DNA of 32,000 nucleotides from Candidatus Saccharimonadota bacterium (GTDB lineage Bacteria; Pseudomonadota; Gammaproteobacteria; Enterobacterales; Enterobacteriaceae): NCBI RefSeq assembly GCF_014857065.1, contig NZ_CP046533.1, positions 60,001 to 92,000 of the forward strand, read 5' to 3'. Shown piece by piece: positions 29,792 to 32,000 of this stretch (position 1 is its first letter; each line of letters starts with the position of its first letter). The notes under the pieces were generated by a model. It saw only the letters and a program-made list of their open reading frames with translations, ran no database searches and was not told where the DNA came from. The position numbers and the translations under genes were made by a program.

Positions 29792-30124
29792 TTATTTCTG
29801 TAACCCATATTTGATTAATGTTTGCTCAATAAGACTTTGCAACTTTCCTTTTCGATACATTTCAAGTATTAGATCGCAACCACCTATCAAGTTGCCATCT
29901 ATCCATAATTGAGGAAAAGTAGGCCAACCAGAAAATTTTGGTAATTCAGAACGAAGATTCGGATCAACTAAAACATCGATATAAGTAACATTTTTACTAC
30001 AAATGGACAACACTTGAGCTGCTTTAGAAGAGAATCCACAACTAGGTGAAGATGGAGTACCCTTCATGTATAATAGGATTTTATTATTTTGAATTTGTTG
30101 TTGAATTTTTTTAATAGCTGACAT
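29792..30124 (-). CDS. grxD: monothiol glutaredoxin Grx4 family
   Basis: The sequences IKKIQQQIQNNKILLYMKGTPSSPSCGFSSKA (CGFS active site) and WPTFPQLWIDG.L.GGCD...EMY..G.LQ.LI are colinear with E. coli GrxD. I chose the ATG at 30124; the ORF-track start at 30151 adds 9 non-homologous residues. Confidence 0.92.
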   Translation of the reverse strand: MSAIKKIQQQIQNNKILLYMKGTPSSPSCGFSSKAAQVLSICSKNVTYIDVLVDPNLRSELPKFSGWPTFPQLWIDGNLIGGCDLILEMYRKGKLQSLIEQTLIKYGLQK

Positions 30125-30392
30125 TAGAAACTGCCCAAAATTTGAAAGCAATAAACATTATTTTTATATTTTATGGGGTTAAATACACTTATCGTATAAA
30201 GCGATGATGGATACAAAACCCCAGTTTTTGTTTATTTATATACAATGCTGCTTTTGCATATGTTTATTAACTACTTAGTTAACAATCTATTGTAATTAAA
30301 TGTAAAAATCAAGAAAAATATAATAAAATTAAATAAAATGTTTCATTATTATGAATAAATTTCTATGATTTAAATCTAGAAGTTAAAAATAT

Positions 30393-31031
30393 TTAATAAG
30401 AATTATTTTGAATTATTTTTTTAGTAAAAATTGACATCATACGTTCAGCGGTATTTATAATAATACGAGTTTGTATGTCAATTTCTATATTTACAATATC
30501 ATCTATTTTTTTATTTCCAAGAGTAGTATATTCTAAAGTTTTCGGAATTAATGCAACACAAAAATAATTTTTAATGACTTTACATATTGTTAAACTAACT
30601 CCATCTATTCCAATAGATCCCTTATATAAAAGGTATTTTTGCATTTTTTTCTTATTTATTTCAAACCAAATTTTTCTGTTATTTATTGCGAATATAATTT
30701 TTCTAAGTGTTGCTGTGCAGGTAATCTGTCCATACATTAAATGTCCACCAATTTCTTTATTAAAGAATATAGCTCTTTCTAAATTAACAATATTACCTAC
30801 ATTTAGTATTTTTAGATTGGTTATTTTAAGAGTTTCTTTTATGATGTCGAAACTTACTAATTTTTTCTGAATATTACTAACAGTTAAACAACAACCATTA
30901 TAAGAAATTGATGAACCAAGTTCTAAACCCTGTAATAAGAATTTAGGTAATAGTATTGTATGAATATGAAAATTGGTTTTTTTGATGATAGAAACAATTG
31001 GTACAGTAGTTTTTATAATACCAGTAAACAT
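30393..31031 (-). CDS. ribE: riboflavin synthase (alpha chain; called ribC in E. coli K-12, ribE in several annotation schemes)
   Basis: 212 aa. The sequence MFTGII......V.........H......P......LE.G.S...NGCCLTV......VSFD..KETL.ITNL....G..VN.ERA......EIGGHLM.G and a second lumazine-binding repeat GIDG.SLT...V are colinear with E. coli riboflavin synthase. Confidence 0.93.
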   Translation of the reverse strand: MFTGIIKTTVPIVSIIKKTNFHIHTILLPKFLLQGLELGSSISYNGCCLTVSNIQKKLVSFDIIKETLKITNLKILNVGNIVNLERAIFFNKEIGGHLMYGQITCTATLRKIIFAINNRKIWFEINKKKMQKYLLYKGSIGIDGVSLTICKVIKNYFCVALIPKTLEYTTLGNKKIDDIVNIEIDIQTRIIINTAERMMSIFTKKIIQNNSY

Positions 31032-31241
31032 ATATTAAGATCCTTTGTGAAAATAAGAAATTTTATATTATTATCTGCTATGTTGGTTTTTTATTTGTTT
31101 TTACGTATTAGATATATAAACTATTAGAAGATTAGATAATTGATAATATAATTTATTAATATTTAAAAGAAAATTTATTTTTTATAAAAGATCATTATAG
31201 TTATTTAATTTTAATAATTTATTTAATAAATATATCAGTAT

Positions 31242-31269
31242 TTGACTTTATAATTAATTAATTTACAAT
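31242..31269 (+). promoter_or_regulatory. candidate sigma70 promoter for tRNA-Val
   Basis: TTGACT (31242-31247), a 16-bp spacer, then TACAAT (31264-31269), ending 25 nt upstream of the mature tRNA 5' end. Chance -10-like hexamers are common in AT-rich DNA, so support is moderate only. Confidence 0.4.
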
Positions 31270-31294
31270 ACAATATAAATTTAGGTTTAGTATT

Positions 31295-31368
31295 GCGTTC
31301 TTAGCTCAGTCCGGTAGAGCACTATCTTGACGTGATAGGGGTCGATGGTTCGAATCCATTAGAACGCA
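31295..31368 (+). tRNA. tRNA-Val (anticodon GAC)
   Basis: A manual cloverleaf fits. The acceptor stem is GCGTTCT/AGAACGC, the D arm GCTC...GAGC, and the anticodon stem CTATC/GATAG with loop TTGACGT (anticodon GAC). The T arm is GATGG-TTCGAAT-CCATT and the discriminator is A. The sequence closely resembles E. coli valV/valW. No 3' CCA is encoded; the next bases are tga. Confidence 0.95.
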
Positions 31369-31683
31369 TGAATTTGTCTAATTACTACTATTTTCAATTT
31401 AAACGCAAAGAGAAACTCAAAAAAATTTTAAAATATTAAATATAAATTTAATTATTTTGCAGTGTATAATAGTATTAGTATTTACAGGTTGTAGATTAAT
31501 AATGATAAATAACTAGAATTTTATTAAGTGTTTGGTATTTAAATAATCATATTTCAAAAAACATATAGATATAAATCAATAAATCTGTTGCAAATATAAT
31601 GATTGATATAATAGTTTGGTTTTAAATATTAAATTTTTAGGGATGAATTTATTGTTTTATTTACAAGATTGGAAATAAAGGGT

Positions 31684-32000
31684 TTATACTAAATTTTTTA
31701 CTTGATTAAGTAATGTGCTTACGATGGACTGTAGTCCTTCTGACCTAGCGAAGGTAAAATTTTCGTTTAAGTTTAATTTTTTAATTATAAATCTAATTTT
31801 TAATTGGATAATTTCTTTTGGCGTTAATCCTTGATAAATAATAAATACAATAGCAATTATACCTTTAACAATAGAAGAATTGCTGTCTCCGTATAATTTT
31901 ATAATCCCGTCGTTATCAACTAGAACAGTTATCCAGGTTCGACTTTGACAACCAGGTACTAAATATTTAGGAATGTCCGTATTATTTGGTATGGGTGATA
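31684..32000 (-). CDS. sufE: cysteine desulfuration protein SufE (3' portion; 5' end lies beyond the window)
   Basis: This open-ended minus-strand frame is not in the ORF track. It translates as ...VPGCQSRTWITVLVDNDGIIKLYGDSNSSIVKGIIAIVFIIYQGLTPKEII...FARSEGLQSIVSTLLNQVKNLV*. That matches E. coli SufE (..[51 protein letters not shown]...PSRSQGLEAMIRAIRAKA), including the active-site Cys. The stop codon is at 31684-31686. Confidence 0.85.
   Translation of the reverse strand, partial: SPIPNNTDIPKYLVPGCQSRTWITVLVDNDGIIKLYGDSNSSIVKGIIAIVFIIYQGLTPKEIIQLKIRFIIKKLNLNENFTFARSEGLQSIVSTLLNQVKNLV

Noticed and set aside
30174-30230. tggggtt ... aacccca (a 7-bp GC-containing stem with a 36-nt loop) followed by gtttttgttt, between grxD and ribE; a possible terminator or small RNA.
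   Set aside because: The loop is far too large for an intrinsic terminator. The T-run is on the plus strand, whereas both flanking genes are on the minus strand. I could not find a convincing internal structure. It may be part of the grxD promoter or leader, but the evidence is insufficient to call it.

Overview
Very AT-rich window in which almost every protein is a clear ortholog of an Enterobacterales (E. coli-type) housekeeping protein with Asn/Lys/Ile-shifted composition. Spacers are long and featureless, many E. coli neighbour genes are missing, and no IS elements, prophage or CRISPR were found. This fits a reduced-genome obligate (probably insect) endosymbiont of the Enterobacterales; I cannot name the species from sequence alone. 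By my recollection of E. coli K-12 gene order, the content forms three syntenic blocks: (i) purB-emtA; (ii) infA-trxB-ftsK-lolA-serS-serC-aroA-cmk-rpsA-msbA-lpxK-ycaR-kdsB; (iii) fumC-nth-tyrS-(pdxH pseudogene)-slyA-rnt-grxD-ribE-tRNA-Val-sufE. ubiX and two non-housekeeping genes sit at the block junctions. The parts worth a second look are: (1) a 622-aa invasin/intimin-type inverse autotransporter whose beta-barrel is well conserved but whose passenger is a low-complexity Lys/Asn/Gln/Ser/Thr-rich domain with a proline-rich motif and an acidic Ser/Asp/Glu tail, with no recognisable Ig-like repeats; (2) a small ToxR/CadC-like membrane-anchored winged-helix regulator with a short Cys-rich periplasmic tail, isolated between large spacers; (3) a retained slyA (the RovA/SlyA family activates invasin in Yersinia); (4) a heavily eroded pdxH pseudogene, not in the ORF track, that carries an 18-bp perfect GC-containing inverted repeat; (5) an FtsK with an intact motor but no C-terminal gamma (KOPS/XerD) domain. 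No multi-gene novel system such as a defence island or secretion cluster is evident. The best candidate is a putative surface-adhesin plus regulator module, and that link is inference only.
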